Assembly: GCF_009914755.1 (NCBI RefSeq)
Contig: NC_060943.1
DNA: 64,000 bases
Source: the human T2T-CHM13v2.0 reference genome, Homo sapiens
Reading direction: 5' to 3' (one strand)
How positions within the stretch are numbered: the first letter of the stretch is position 1; the number at the start of each line of letters is the position of its first letter. This document shows positions 1 through 19,942 of this stretch, in pieces. A program made the position numbers and the translations under genes. The notes beneath the pieces are model-generated. The model was not told the origin of the DNA, made no database searches, and worked only from the letters and a program-made list of their open reading frames with translations.

Positions 1-44
1 GAGATGACAGCTGCTCTGTCAGCCTAGGTCTCAGAGTGAGAAAA

Positions 45-527
45 TGAGGTAGGAGGCAGAACAGACTCCAGAGTCGGGGCTTGGACACCAGACCAGATTG
101 AAGACTAGCTAAAACAGGGATGTGCTGGAAGCTCCTTTCCATAAGACACGTCCACCAGTGCGTCATGTCAGTTTACCATTTCCATGGCAACACCCAAAAG
201 TTACTGCCCCTTTCCATGGCAATGACCCAACAACCTGGAAGTTACCACCCCTTTTCTAGAAATTTCTGCATAATCTGCCCCTTGATTTACATATAATTAA
301 AAGTGAGTCTAAATGTGGCTGCAGCACTGCTTCTGAGCTGCTCCTCCAGGCACACTGCCTGTGGGGTGGTCCTGCTCCGCAAGGAACGGCCGCTCTGCTG
401 CTGCTGCTGTGCATGAGTGCTTCAAGAGAAGTTGCTATCCGACACCACCAGCTTGTCCTGGAATTCTCTCCTGGGCAAAGCCAAGAAACCCTCCCAGGCT
501 TAGCCCCAATTCTGGGGCCTGTCCTGC
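45..527 (+). mobile_element. ERV1 solo LTR, MER41-family-like
   Basis: Starts TGAGGTAGGAGGC; contains CCATGGCAAC/GGAAGTTACC motifs and a 3' end (GGGCAAAGCCAAGAAACCCTCCCAGGCTTAGCCCCAATTCTGGGGC) resembling recalled MER41 consensus. Confidence 0.6.
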
Positions 528-563
528 TAAGGAAGAAGGGAGGGTGAAAGAAAGAAAGAAATG

Positions 564-1709
<1,146 letters not shown>

Positions 1710-1788
1710 GCAGGTTCACAGAGCTCAGCCTTTCAGCTGGCTTCTTACCAGTCAATAAACCCACCCATACACTTGGAGTTCCTAATCA

Positions 1789-2139
<351 letters not shown>

Positions 2140-2199
2140 TCAAGGACCACCAACTATCTAATGACAGCCTATGGCATGTGGGAGAGACTATAATAACCA

Positions 2200-2585
2200 T
2201 GTTTTCTTATTTTAAAATTTTAGATACAGGGGTCCACGTGCAGGTTTGTTACACAGGTGTATTGCATGATGCTGAGGTTTGGGCTTCTATTGATCCTGTT
2301 ACCTATATAATGAACATAGTACCCAACAGAGAGTTCTTCAACTATTCCCCTCCTCCCTCCGTCTCACTGTCAGAGTCCGCAGTGTCTGTTGTTTCCATCT
2401 TTATGTCCACGTGCACCCGAGATTTAGCTCCCACTTATAAGTGAGAACATGCAATTTTTGGTTTTCTGTTCTGTGTTAATTTGCCTAGGATAAAGGCCTC
2501 CAGCTGCATCCATGTTGCTGCAAAGAACATAATTTCTTTCTTTTTTATGACTGCATAGTATTCCATGGTATCTATGCACCATGCA
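2200..2585 (-). mobile_element. Old LINE-1 3' fragment (L1PB/L1MA-like)
   Basis: TTAGCTCCCACTTATAAGTGAGAACATGC and CCATGTTGCTGCAAAGAACAT are the ORF2 C-terminus/3' UTR on the - strand. Confidence 0.8.
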
Positions 2586-3108
2586 TTTTCTAGTTTCTAT
2601 TTTTGATGCTCTGACATCTTGGGGCCTTGCTGACCCTGGAGGGATGGTCCCTCCCAGGGCTAGCCACATCCTAAAGATAGTAAGTGACTCTCCTGTGAGC
2701 ACAGCTTTCAGATGCACACCAGCCAATCCAGAAGTCATTCCCCAACCACCTCCGTTTCAGGGCCCTCACAGGGCTGTTACACTCAGGGCAACTATTTCTC
2801 TGCCCTAGTCACCCCAGGGCCCAGTACCAGACTATTAGAAGCAGAGCCCACAAAAATTACTCAAACTAGCCAATCCTGAGCCTGCGTATCTGCCTCACCT
2901 GTTCCTTCTCACAGAACTCACAAAAAAGGCTCTCGTCCACTTTTACCCTCTTCCCTCTGCCTCGTGACTGCCCCTGGCCCCTGTGTGGTGTGCCCTGCCT
3001 CCTGTTTCTGGCGGTCTGTGAATCTAAGCTTTTTCCTTCATGACCGTCAATTCCGTGCCTGTATGTCTTCGCATATCTAATTTAAACAAATCCTGGGTAC
3101 CCTTACAA
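2586..3108 (+). mobile_element. ERV1-type LTR fragment (MER39-like)
   Basis: TGACATCTTGGGGCCTTGCTGACCCTGGA...CCTCCCAGGGCTAGCC resembles recalled MER39; ends ...CCTTACA. Confidence 0.5.
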
Positions 3109-3707
3109 CAGAGGCCAAGAAAAATAATCAGGTATAAAAACAACCTGAAAAGAAAGAGGACTAACTCAGGAAATGAAAGAGGATGTTTAATTGGTTTCCA
3201 ATTATTATTATAACAATATTTAAGAAGTTATTACACTCAAAAATCAAGAACAAGATAGTACGCAAACAGCATGATAATGCTGCATAAACAGAGTAAGGAG
3301 AATAAGTAAATAAATAAATTTTTAAACGGTGCAATAAGGGAACAAGAAAGTGTTCTTATAAAATAAAAATATAATGGCTTAAATAAATTCAAGAGAAAGG
3401 TCAGATGATAAAACAGAAGAAGCCTTCCATAAAGTAGGACAAAAAGACCGAGATGGAAGACATGAAAGAAAAGGGATATGAAAGATTTATCCAGGAGGCC
3501 CAGTTTACAGTTGTCCCAGATAGAGAAAGATAGAAATCAAAGAGGAAAAAAGTATCAAATGGACAACAAAACAAAATTGCCCAAAAGTTAAAGGTAGAAG
3601 TTTCCAGATCAAAAGAATCTACCAAGCAAACAGGACAAGGGCTTTTAAAAGGCCCAAACCTTTGCAAAATTTCAGAATCCTGGGAGGAAAAGGAAAGATT
3701 CTAAAAC

Positions 3708-3825
3708 TTTTCTTTCTCTTCTTTTTCTTTCTCTTTCTTTCCTTCCCTCCTTCCTTCTTCCTTTCCCATTCCCCTTCCCCTTCCCCTTTTCTTCCCCTCC
3801 CTCCCTCTGTCTCTCTCTCTCTCTC

Positions 3826-3864
<39 letters not shown>

Positions 3865-3865
3865 T
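3708..3865. repeat. Pyrimidine-rich low-complexity tract/(TC)n microsatellite, tail of a - strand Alu (~3865-4105)
   Basis: Direct reading of the sequence. Confidence 0.9.
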
Positions 3866-4974
3866 TCGGGGCTCACTCTCACCCAGGAAAATTCCTAGGC
3901 TCAAGCAATTCCCACCTCAGCTTCCCAAGTGGCTGGGACTACAGGTATGCACCACCATGCCCTAATTTTTAAGTTGTTGTAGAGAGAGGGTTCTCACTAG
4001 GCTCACCATGTTGCCCAGGCTGGTCTCTAACTCCCAGCCTCAAGCGATCCTCCCACCTCAGCCTCCCAAAGTCCTGGGATTACAGCTGTGAGTCATCACA
4101 CTTGACCAAAAGCTTTCAGAAAGAGAAAAAAAAAAAAACACCACTCACGAAGGAATAGGAATCAGATTTTTGTATCACGAACACCAAATGCTAGAAGACA
4201 GATGAGATGTACCTTTATACTCCAAAGGGAGTGGACACTAAACACAACTGGATCACGAACTGACAAGAAAACAAACAGTGGTGGTGAAGGTTATTTGAAT
4301 AACTGGAGAGACAAATGTGGGCTACATCAAGTAGATGATACTATTTTATCTATATTAATGTATTGGGTACAATAATTATATTATATATGAGTATATCTTT
4401 GTTCTTAGGATATACACTTAGGAGTGAACTGACATATTTGAAACCTTCAAATGGTTCAAAAAAACTGTGTGTGTGTGTGTGCATATGCACACACGTATGT
4501 ATGTGTGTGTAGACATATAAAGTCAATGTGGCAAACTTAATGATTAATGAATGTATGGGAAAGATATATACACGTTCTTTGTACTATTCCTCCAATTTTT
4601 ATAGATTTGATGGTTTTCACAATGTAAAGTAAGGAATTTTACAAATTACTAATATATAACAAAGTTAGAAGGGTAAATTAAAAATAACATTTTGTATTAT
4701 ATTTTAATTTAAAGTAATTCTGAGGGGAAAATATTTTATCCAAAAGTCTATAACCAACCATGAATTAGTCAAGTGTTATGGTCAATTAAATATTTAGACA
4801 TATGACAATATAGAAAATTTGTCTATCACAGACTTTTTAAAGACAATTACTTAAAAATGTGTTTCAACAAACTTAAGGGTTAAACCAAGAAAGAGCATAA
4901 GGAATCCAAGAAATAGAGGATGAAACTCAAGATGGCAAGGAAGGAAAATCTAGGATAAGAGGTATGCAACAGGC

Positions 4975-6964
<1,990 letters not shown>

Positions 6965-7229
6965 CTAGGCAACATAGCGAGACCCCATCTGTATTTTTTT
7001 AATGTAAAAAATAAAATAACACACACACAGACAAACAAACAGAATCTGTATGAGTCACACGTTTAGGTAGCTGAATATCCTCTCTGCCCCCAATTCCCCC
7101 AAGTCAAAGGCAGAAGGGATTTGTTCCACCAAAGAGTTTACACCAGCCACAGCTGCCCACTGCAGTATCCTCCCAGGAAAAGCCCTTTTGTGCGTGGAGG
7201 AGGCAGATGGCGAGGAGGCAGATGTGCAC

Positions 7230-7530
<301 letters not shown>

Positions 7531-8026
7531 TCTGTGTGCACCGAGGAGCCGGGCAGCCACCGCCACGATCCAGCTTTAGGACATTTCCATCACCCCACTC
7601 AGCCTTCCTGCGCCCCTGGTTCCTCATCTATAAATAGAGATAATATACGCCTAACCCTCTAGGTCACCAGCACATTGCACCCATAATTATTATACTTGTT
7701 GATGCCACACTTTCAGGTTTTAACCTTTCCAAAGCGCAGCCCCGCCCCAGCGCAGCCCAAGTCCCTGCACGCAGAGGCGCCGATCACGGGTGGGAGGTGG
7801 ATCCCGGAGGCCCCGCCCCAGGCCCCGCCCCTCCGTGCGCCCAAGCTCGACCGCCTGAAATCGGGGAATCGGGCCTCTGCCGGCGCCCTGGCAGCGGCGC
7901 GGGGCGTGGCTCCGGGCTGGATTGGTGACGCCTGGGCCCCGCGGGCGCCTGCGCAGTGGTCAAGGCCGCGCTCGCGGCGAGGGGCTGCGAGAGTGACCGC
8001 GGCTGCTCCAGCGCTGACGCCGAGCC

Positions 8027-8092
8027 ATGGCGGACGAGGAGCTTGAGGCGCTGAGGAGACAGAGGCTGGCCGAGCTGCAGGCCAAACACGGG
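8027..8092 (+). CDS. PDCD5: PDCD5 exon 1 coding part
   Basis: Kozak GCCATGG; [22 protein letters not shown]; donor GTGAGC. Confidence 0.97.
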
Positions 8093-11000
8093 GTGAGCGC
8101 ATCAGCCCCCGCCAGGCTTGGCCCCCGCGGGGCGCCGCCCTCGCCCGGAGTGTAGGGCGCGCCTCCGGGGCGGAGGCTCTGGGCGCCTCCCCGGGGCCCC
8201 GGTCCCCTGCGCTGCCCTGGCGGCCTCGTGGCCGGCTCAGAGGTGGCCTCGTCGCTTTCCTCGTCGCGAGGGGCCCAGGAGGCTGGCGGCGGGGGCCGCC
8301 ACGTGCGGGACCTGCCCTGGCGTTGGGGTGTGGGGTCCCCTAGCCTGGAGCGGGCTCGTCCTGGCGGGCCTGGATCCAAGCACAATCTCAGCTTTTGGAG
8401 CCAGCAGCCGGACCGAATTCAGTTTTTCCGGAGTTCAGTTGTTATGACCCAAGTTTAGCCGACAGGTATTGAGGGTCCGCTGTGTTCCCGGTGCTGAGAG
8501 CGCGGCAGGGTCGGAGGAACGCTTGCCCCGCCGGGATGACAGGGAGGGGCCGCCTGGGAAGCTTGGATGGATCACACGCCCGGAGAGGCGTTTCTGATAA
8601 GGGACCGGGACCTTAGGGACGGAGGGCGCAGTCTTTGAGTTATCGTTGTCCCTAATACCGAGGCCCGTTTTATTTTCCAGAAATTATTCCTACATGTGAA
8701 ACACGGTTTCGTAATACAGGGATTCCCCTCCCCAGGGTGCTCTGTATTCCAAAGCCTTCTGAGGTTGTGGTTTTAGACGTTCATCAAAACGTTGTAAGTG
8801 GGAACTAGTTCATTGATTTCTGTGAGGCCCAGTTTCTTATTTGGGGAGTTGTTTCTACCACCGCAAGAGACTGTTATGTATAGGAAACAACAGAACCGTT
8901 CCTTTTTCCCGCCGCCTCCCGTGAAATTTCTCTATTAAATTTAAGTTTTTTTTTTCCAGGATCCTGGTGATGCGGCCCAACAGGAAGCAAAGCACAGGTA
9001 TGGGCTGGAAACGTGAACTTTTTGAAGGGTGGTTTCACCAAATGGATTTCTTTTGCTGTAGTTATTTTAAGCAGGTGTGTGACTCAGATTTTTTTGTTTT
9101 GCTGGAATGGTGATTTGGCCAAAATCATCCGCAGGGTATCTTCATTATTGTTAAATAAACACGTGTGCAGCTCCACATCAGACCTTGTATTGCAATTACT
9201 GGTTGATGTTTCTCTGCTACAATGTGAGTACCTTAAAAATGAGCCTGATAATAGGCAGCTGTGGCAGTTTCCTCGGCTGTGGGGGTGACGTGAGTCCGGT
9301 GCCTCACTTAGTAAGTGCTCAATAAGTGTTAACTGGTAAGCTATTCTGATTGTTTTATCCCAACACAGCGCACAGCACCTGAGACAGATGCAGGTAATTG
9401 ATTCGGTGGCAGGTTTATTGAATGAGTATGTGATTACCCTATCATGCTATCATTTTTTAAAAATTGTGGTTAAATAAAATTTCACCATCACAACCATTTT
9501 TAAGTGTGCTCTTCAGTAGTGTTCACACTCTAGAATGTTTTCATCTTGCAAGACTGAAACCTTTAGCTACTGGACAATTCTCTATTTCCCCTTCCTCACC
9601 TTCTTACTCCTCCTCTCCAGCAAATATTTATAGAGCACCTGCTCTGGGTCAGGCACTGTGCTGGGTCTACAGAAATAGGAAGGGAGGGTTCGGGAGAAGA
9701 CAGACGGTGAGAAGTATCTGGAGTAGTGATAGGAAGTAAAACGACGCAAATTTCATTGATTTCTGCCGTGTACATCTTTTCATTGTCACATATCTGAAAT
9801 CAGGATGCCTTTTAAAACAGATTGCTCTTGCCCCAGATTCTTCCAGAGGGGATTTACTTTTGACTCTGCTATCACTTGAGTACATTTCTGAGACCATTGA
9901 AAGTTAAATTCTCTGCTTGAGGTTTTCCCCTGCCTCCTGCCTAGTAGTGTGAATTCAGACAGCAACCCTGTAAGACTGAACTTTTTTCTTCTTTACGTCA
10001 GGGCCAGGTGCATGCAAGCTTTTGTACTGCCCCTTACTGCATGGCATATTTATTTATTCTTTACTTTGTACTGAGAATGTTGCTCTTTGATACCCCAGTG
10101 GTGGGATCAGAACTCACTGCAGCCTCAAACTCCTGCTGGGCTCAAGTGATCCTCCCACCTCAGCCTCCTGAGGAGCTGAGATGACAGGCGTGCACCACCA
10201 TGCCTGGCTAATTTTTTTAAACTTTTTTTTTTTTTAATAGCCTCGCTATATCACCCAGGCTGGTCTCAAACTCCTGGCTTCAAGTGATCCTCCCACCTTG
10301 GCCTCCCGAGAAACCCCAGTTTTGAATGGAGATCTCTATTAGACCTCTCATTTTAGGGTTTTTCATTTTTAGAGATACGTAAAACTATGGTGTATCTTAG
10401 AATTGATGGCATCTTAGGGTTCTGTGATATAATAGTTTGTGGCAGGCCAGGTGTGGTGACTGAAGCCTGTAGCCCCAGCTACTCAGGAGGCCGAGGGGGA
10501 AGAATCACTTGAGCACAGGAGCTTGAGCTGATCATAGCTGCAGTGAGCTGTGATTGCACCACTGTACTCCAGCATGAACAGCAGAGTGAGACCCCATCTT
10601 TTTTTATTGTTGTTGAGATGAAGTCTCACTCCATCACCCAGGCTGGAGTGCAGTGGCACAATCTTGGCTCACCGTAACCTCTGCCTCTGAGCTTCAAGCG
10701 ATTCTCCTGCCTCTGCCTCCCAAGTAGCTGGGATTACAGGCACCCGCCACCATGCCCGGCTAATTTTTGTATTTTTAGTAGAGATGGGGTTTCACCATGT
10801 TGGCCAGGCTGGTCTCAAACTCCTGACCTCAAGTGATCCACCCACCTCAGCCTCCCAAAGTGCTGAGATTACAGGCATGAGCCACCATGCCTGGCCTAGA
10901 CCCCATCTCTTAAAGTTTGTGGCAGGGCTGCAGTACTCAAACCATAAAGAAGTGGCCTATGGAAATGAGCTTTAAGCCACATTCCATGAACCGAAGGGCC

Positions 11001-14000
11001 TCTGAGCTGGGAGTGGATAGTGGGCACAGCCAGCCCCAGCTCTCCCTCTCAGTTGAGCCAAAGCATCTGTGCTCATTTGTTTTTAGATTTCTTAAAGGAT
11101 TTCATTTGAAAGAAAAAAGAAACAAGTCCATGAGACCACTGTCCTGTGAACGTGAACTACTTTCTATTTGGGTAGGTAGGAAGAAGTGAGGATAGTTGCA
11201 AAGTTATAATTTCATTCCCCTTCCCCACCCAGAAAAATAGAACTGAGAGTCTTAAAACATGGAATCTGGCTGTAGCTTGGCCACAGTTACCTATGTCTCT
11301 TTAGCATAGCCTCCTGGATCTCAGCTTTATCTCTAAGAAAATGATATAGATTAGTCACATGGTCCTTCTAATTGCCTGAAATCCCACTATAAATTTCTAG
11401 CACCTGTCACGCAATAGGTACTTAAGAAATGTTGGTGATGGTGTTTGAACTGAGGCTCCACTCTGATGAAACTGTAAAGCTCACCTTCCAGCCTGGTAGG
11501 TTGTCACCTGTGTAATATAAAGCTGGTTCTTTGAGGGCAAAAGGGGATTCTACTTGAATGTAGCTGCAGCCTTATGTACAGCAACTACCATAATGCAGTT
11601 TGTATACCGCAGGCCCCATGTGGAGACACATACTGGATGGGTTCTTTCTCGTATGTTACATGGGAATGCCGACAGCTGTGTTTTAATTGTGTTTGACCTA
11701 TGTTTTCGTTGTAGGGAAGCAGAAATGAGAAACAGTATCTTAGCCCAAGTTCTGGATCAGTCGGCCCGGGCCAGGTGTAAGCATCTTTGATTTCATTTCC
11801 ATAAAGTTAGCTTGAGTTAGTTGAATGGGGTGATTAGATACCATTATTGCTATCACTAGATGAAATATTTGCTTAGGCTGAAAACACTTGAGATGTGTAA
11901 GAAGTGTGAAGTTTATAAACCTAGAGAACTGTACTTTAATCCCTAGTAAAAGTACCAGGTCACTTCTCTTACCAAGATGTTCTCCAGGTGTGTATTAGGT
12001 AAGATTTATAGGAAACAACTCATAGGGCCAATCACAAAATGTTGCTGGTAGTTGACATTTTGTGTCAACTGGTGATGGGGACTGGGGATGGGGGACTTAG
12101 GGGCTTTTTATATGTATTGTCAGTTTTAGTGTATGTTCAGAGTTGTTCATCATAAAAACCAAAACCTGTAGAAAGAAAAAATGAGACAGTCAGAATGAAC
12201 TGGTATTTTCTGTATTTTAACTGGAAGCCCAGTTTGAGTGTAGAAAAGGCGGCCACAGGTGGATCACCACCATTATGTGTAATAGATAAACCGCTTTCCA
12301 GAGGGCAGTCATATATTTTAAGAAACAGGAAGCATGGTGCTTAGAATCTGAGAACCCAACTTTAATCTTGGCTGGGCCACTACCCCCATGTGCCCATGTG
12401 GAGATTGGCATGGGTGAACTTCAGTTTTCTCATTTTTAAGAGGAGTAACAATACTGTCTTGCCCTACACTGAGAGACAAGCTTGTGAAGTGCTTTGGAAA
12501 GGTCAATGCATAGTTTTAAGGTATAACATAAGTGCATTTGATTTTAATGGATTTTTTGCATATGTATTTTTTCTTTTTAGTAAGTAACTTAGCACTTGTA
12601 AAGCCTGAAAAAACTAAAGCAGTAGAGAATTACCTTATACAGATGGCAAGATATGGACAACTAAGTGAGAAGGTAAGCTTAGACAGCCTTGAGGAACTTT
12701 ACTGTTACCTGCTTTATCAAAACATGGCTTCAAAAGGTCAGCTGCATCTTCACTGGATTACAGAATTCTTGCTGACTCTCAGAAGAAATTGTTGGAGAGA
12801 ATAGTCATACCTACTTTAAAAGAGAATAAATAGCCTTTCCTAAATTCCTCTGCTTCGCTCCTTTCCTGGCGTTGCTCTGGAACCTTGTTGGTGTCTGTGA
12901 CCCAATGACTGTTAGGGTCAGCTAGCTTCAATTGCCCCTGCACTGGAAGCAAGGTTTGTCAGTAACACCAATTAAAATACTACCAGTGTAAGTAGAAGGT
13001 GTGTTTTGCAGATGAGAAGGTGCTAAGATGCCTTGCTTATGTTCTCTGTGTTGCTGTAATACCATGAGGGGTATGTTGTGGCAAACCTGGCCTTTGAGAT
13101 CAAGACGAACCCCACCTGCCCTGAGAAGCCGTCTGCTACCACCACAGCCTACCCGAATTGGTCCTGTCCCCTAAACCCCTCACACTGAGAACTGCTTGTG
13201 TGGGAGAGAGCTGGTTGGGTTGATCTTTTCCGAGTGTGACTTACCTCCTTCAAGGGGATGTTTAAGCTTCTCGGGCAGAAGTGGTGTGTCTATTCCTGAC
13301 ACCAAACACCGTGGTATATGTGGTTGTCACACTCAGCTAGTGATGATAAAGGTGTTCTTAAATATGTTAGCTTTCAGTTTTCCTGAGGAAGCAATTTTAT
13401 GGATACTTCCCCCTCCTTCTCAAGTGAGGAATAGCAGAGCAAATTTTATTTGGAACTTAAACCAATAGTTATAACCAATAGTTTCAACCTCCTGCCTCAC
13501 CACTGCTTCCTTCCTGAGCTCTTTCCCCACACCTCAAAAAGAGTACAAAGTGATTCCATCTGCAGAGGTAAATTCTTTGTTTAAAAAAGTACTGTTTTTC
13601 TTATCTTTTCTGGTTCTCCTAGGTATCAGAACAAGGTTTAATAGAAATCCTTAAAAAAGTAAGCCAACAAACAGAAAAGACAACAACAGTGAAAGTAAGT
13701 GTCCCCAGATGCTTGTGGCAAATGAAAAGATGGATACTTTAAAGATTAATGTTGAGTATACATCTACCACACATATTTTTCAGCCCAGAGACATTTTCCT
13801 TTTGTCAAACACGTGAAAGTTTGGGGAGAAAGGCTGAATCTGTTGGGGGAGGGTTCTAATTTTTATAGGCTCTTGACTCCATTCCCACCCTTTTAGTTCA
13901 CGCTAAGTTGCTTTAAAGACACAAATGTCTTGCTAAAATTGGTAGAAATCTTTTCTCGGAAAATCTGAGTTATGCTTTATTAGAAATGTTCTGACACTCA

Positions 14001-14065
14001 TTTAATTTTCCTCCCAGTTCAACAGAAGAAAAGTAATGGACTCTGATGAAGATGACGATTATTGA
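8027..14065 (+). CDS. PDCD5: Programmed cell death protein 5, complete spliced CDS: join(8027-8092,8960-8997,11715-11776,12581-12672,13623-13694,14018-14065), 125 aa
   Basis: Exons sum to 378 nt; all introns GT-AG; translation [22 protein letters not shown]...[15 protein letters not shown] matches human PDCD5. Confidence 0.98.
8960..8997 (+). CDS. PDCD5: PDCD5 exon 2
   Basis: tttccag|[12 protein letters not shown](R)|gtatg. Confidence 0.96.
10105..10896. mobile_element. Alu cluster in PDCD5 intron 2 (-, + monomer, -)
   Basis: Alu consensus segments in both orientations. Confidence 0.85.
11715..11776 (+). CDS. PDCD5: PDCD5 exon 3
   Basis: gtag|[20 protein letters not shown]|gtaag. Confidence 0.96.
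12581..12672 (+). CDS. PDCD5: PDCD5 exon 4
   Basis: tttag|[30 protein letters not shown]|gtaag. Confidence 0.96.
13623..13694 (+). CDS. PDCD5: PDCD5 exon 5
   Basis: cctag|[24 protein letters not shown]|gtaag. Confidence 0.96.
14018..14065 (+). CDS. PDCD5: PDCD5 exon 6 coding part
   Basis: cccag|[18 protein letters not shown]. Confidence 0.96.
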   Translation, partial: FNRRKVMDSDEDDDY

Positions 14066-14165
14066 ACTACAAGTGCTCACAGACTAGAACTTAACGGAAC
14101 AAGTCTAGGACAGAAGTTAAGATCTGATTATTTACTTTGTTTATTGTCTATATGCCTTTTAAAAA

Positions 14166-14189
14166 AATAAACTTGTTATGCAAAATAAA
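14166..14189 (+). terminator. PDCD5: Tandem AATAAA polyadenylation signals of PDCD5 (14166-14171, 14184-14189)
   Basis: Two canonical hexamers ~100 nt after the stop, followed by GT/T-rich sequence. Confidence 0.85.
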
Positions 14190-14495
14190 ACATTTGGGTA
14201 AGTTGTTTTAGTATCATAGCCAAGTGGCCAGATCTGTGTTTTGAATTTTTCCCCTTCCTACCAAAAGCTTTTTTTATTTTTATTTTTATTATTATACTTT
14301 AAGTTTTAGGGTACATGTGCACAATGTGCAGGTTAGTTACATATGTATACATGTGCCATGCTGGTGCGCTGCACCCACTAACTTGTCATCTAGCATTAGG
14401 TATATCTCCCAATGCTATCCCTCCCCCCTCCCCCCACCCCACAAGAGTCCCCAGAGTGTGATGTTCCCCTTCCTGTGTCCATGTGTTCTCATTGT

Positions 14496-18307
<3,812 letters not shown>

Positions 18308-18370
18308 TATGATGTTAGCTGGTTATTTTGCTCATTAGTTGATGCAGTTTCTTCCTAGTCTTGATGGTCT

Positions 18371-19373
18371 TTACATTTTGGCATGATTTTGCAGTGGCTG
18401 GTACCGGTTGTTCCTTTCCATGTTTAGTGCTTCCTTCAGGAGCTCTTTTAGGGCAGGCCTGGTGGTGACAAAATCTCTCAGCATTTGCTTGTCTGTAAAG
18501 TGTTTTATTTCTCCTTCACTTATGAAGCTTAATTTGGCTGGATATGAAATTCTGGGTTGAAAATTCTTTTCTTTAAGAATGTTGAATATTGGCCCCCACT
18601 CTCTTCTGGCTTGTAGAGTTTCTGCCGAGAGATCCGCTGTTAGTCTCATGGGCTTCCCTTTGTGGGTAACCTGACCTTTCTCTCTGGCTGCCCTTAACAT
18701 TTTTTCCTTCATTTCAACTTTGGTGAATCTGACAATTTTGTGTCTTGGAGTTGCTCTTCTCGAGGAGTATCTTTGTGGCGTTCTCTGTATTTCCTGAATC
18801 TGAATGTTGGCCTGCCTTGCTAGATTGGGGAAGTTCTCCTGGATAATATCCTGCAGTGTTTTCCAACTTGGTTCCATTCTCCCCATCACTTTCAGGTACA
18901 CCAATCAGACGTAGATTTGGTCTTTTCACATAGTCCCATATTTCTTGGAGGCTTTGTTCATTTTATTTTTTCTCTAAACTTCCCTTCTTGCTTCATTTCA
19001 TTCATTTCATCTTCTATCGCTGATACCCTTTCTTCCAGTTGATCGCATCGGCTCCTGAGGCTTCTGCATTCTTCACGTAGTTCTTGAGCCTTGGCTTTCG
19101 GCTCCATCAGCTCCTTTAAGCACTTCTCTGTATTGGTTATTCTAGTTATACATTCGTCTGAATTTTTTTCAAAGTTTTTAACTTCTTTGCCTTTGGTTTG
19201 AATTTCCTCCTGTAGCTCGTAGTTTGATCGTCTGAAGTCTTCTTCTCTCAGCTCATCAAAGTCATTCTCCGTCCAGCTTTGTTCCATTGCTGGTGAGGAA
19301 CTGCGTTCCTTTGGAGGAGGAGAGGCGCTCTGCTTTTTAGAGTTTCCAGTTTTCTGCTCTGTTTTTTCCCCAT
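18371..19373 (-). pseudogene. L1 ORF1 (RNA-binding chaperone), frameshifted
   Basis: ATGGGGAAAAAACAG at 19373; ORF1 peptides spread over different frames; ends YQPLQNHAKM*. Confidence 0.93.
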
Positions 19374-19942
19374 CTTTGTGGTTTTATCTACTTTTGGTCT
19401 TTGATGATGGTGATGTACAGATGGGTTTTTGGTGTGGATGTCCTTTCTGTTTGTTAGTTTTCCTTCTAACAGGACCCTCAGCTGCAGGTCTGTTGGAGTT
19501 TGCTAGAGGTCCACTCCAGACCCTGTTTGCCTGGGTATCAGCAGTGGTGTTTGCAGAACAGCGGTTTTTCATGAACCGCGAATGCTGTTGTCTGATCATT
19601 CCTCAGGAAGTTTTGTCTCAGAGTACCTGGCCGTGTGAAGTGTCAGTCTGCCCCTACTGGGGGGTGCCTCCCAGTTAGGCGGGTCAGGAGTCAGGGATCC
19701 ACTTGAGGAGGCAGTCTGCCCATTCTCAGATCTCCAGCTGCGTGCTGGGAGAACCACTGCTCTCTTCAAAGCTGTCAGACAGGGACATTTAAGTCTGCAG
19801 AGGTTACCGCTGTCTTTTTGTTTGTCTGTGCCCTGCCCCCAGAGGTGGAGCCTACTGAGGCAGGCAGGCCTCCTTGAGCTGTGGTGGGCTCCACCCAGTT
19901 CGAGCTTCCAGGCTGCTTTGTTTACCTAAGCAAGCCTGGGCA

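Noticed and set aside
7696-8458. Several 76-141 aa ORFs on both strands over the PDCD5 promoter
   Set aside because: Expected from stop-codon scarcity in a GC-rich CpG island; low-complexity Ala/Pro/Gly/Arg content and no recognisable homology
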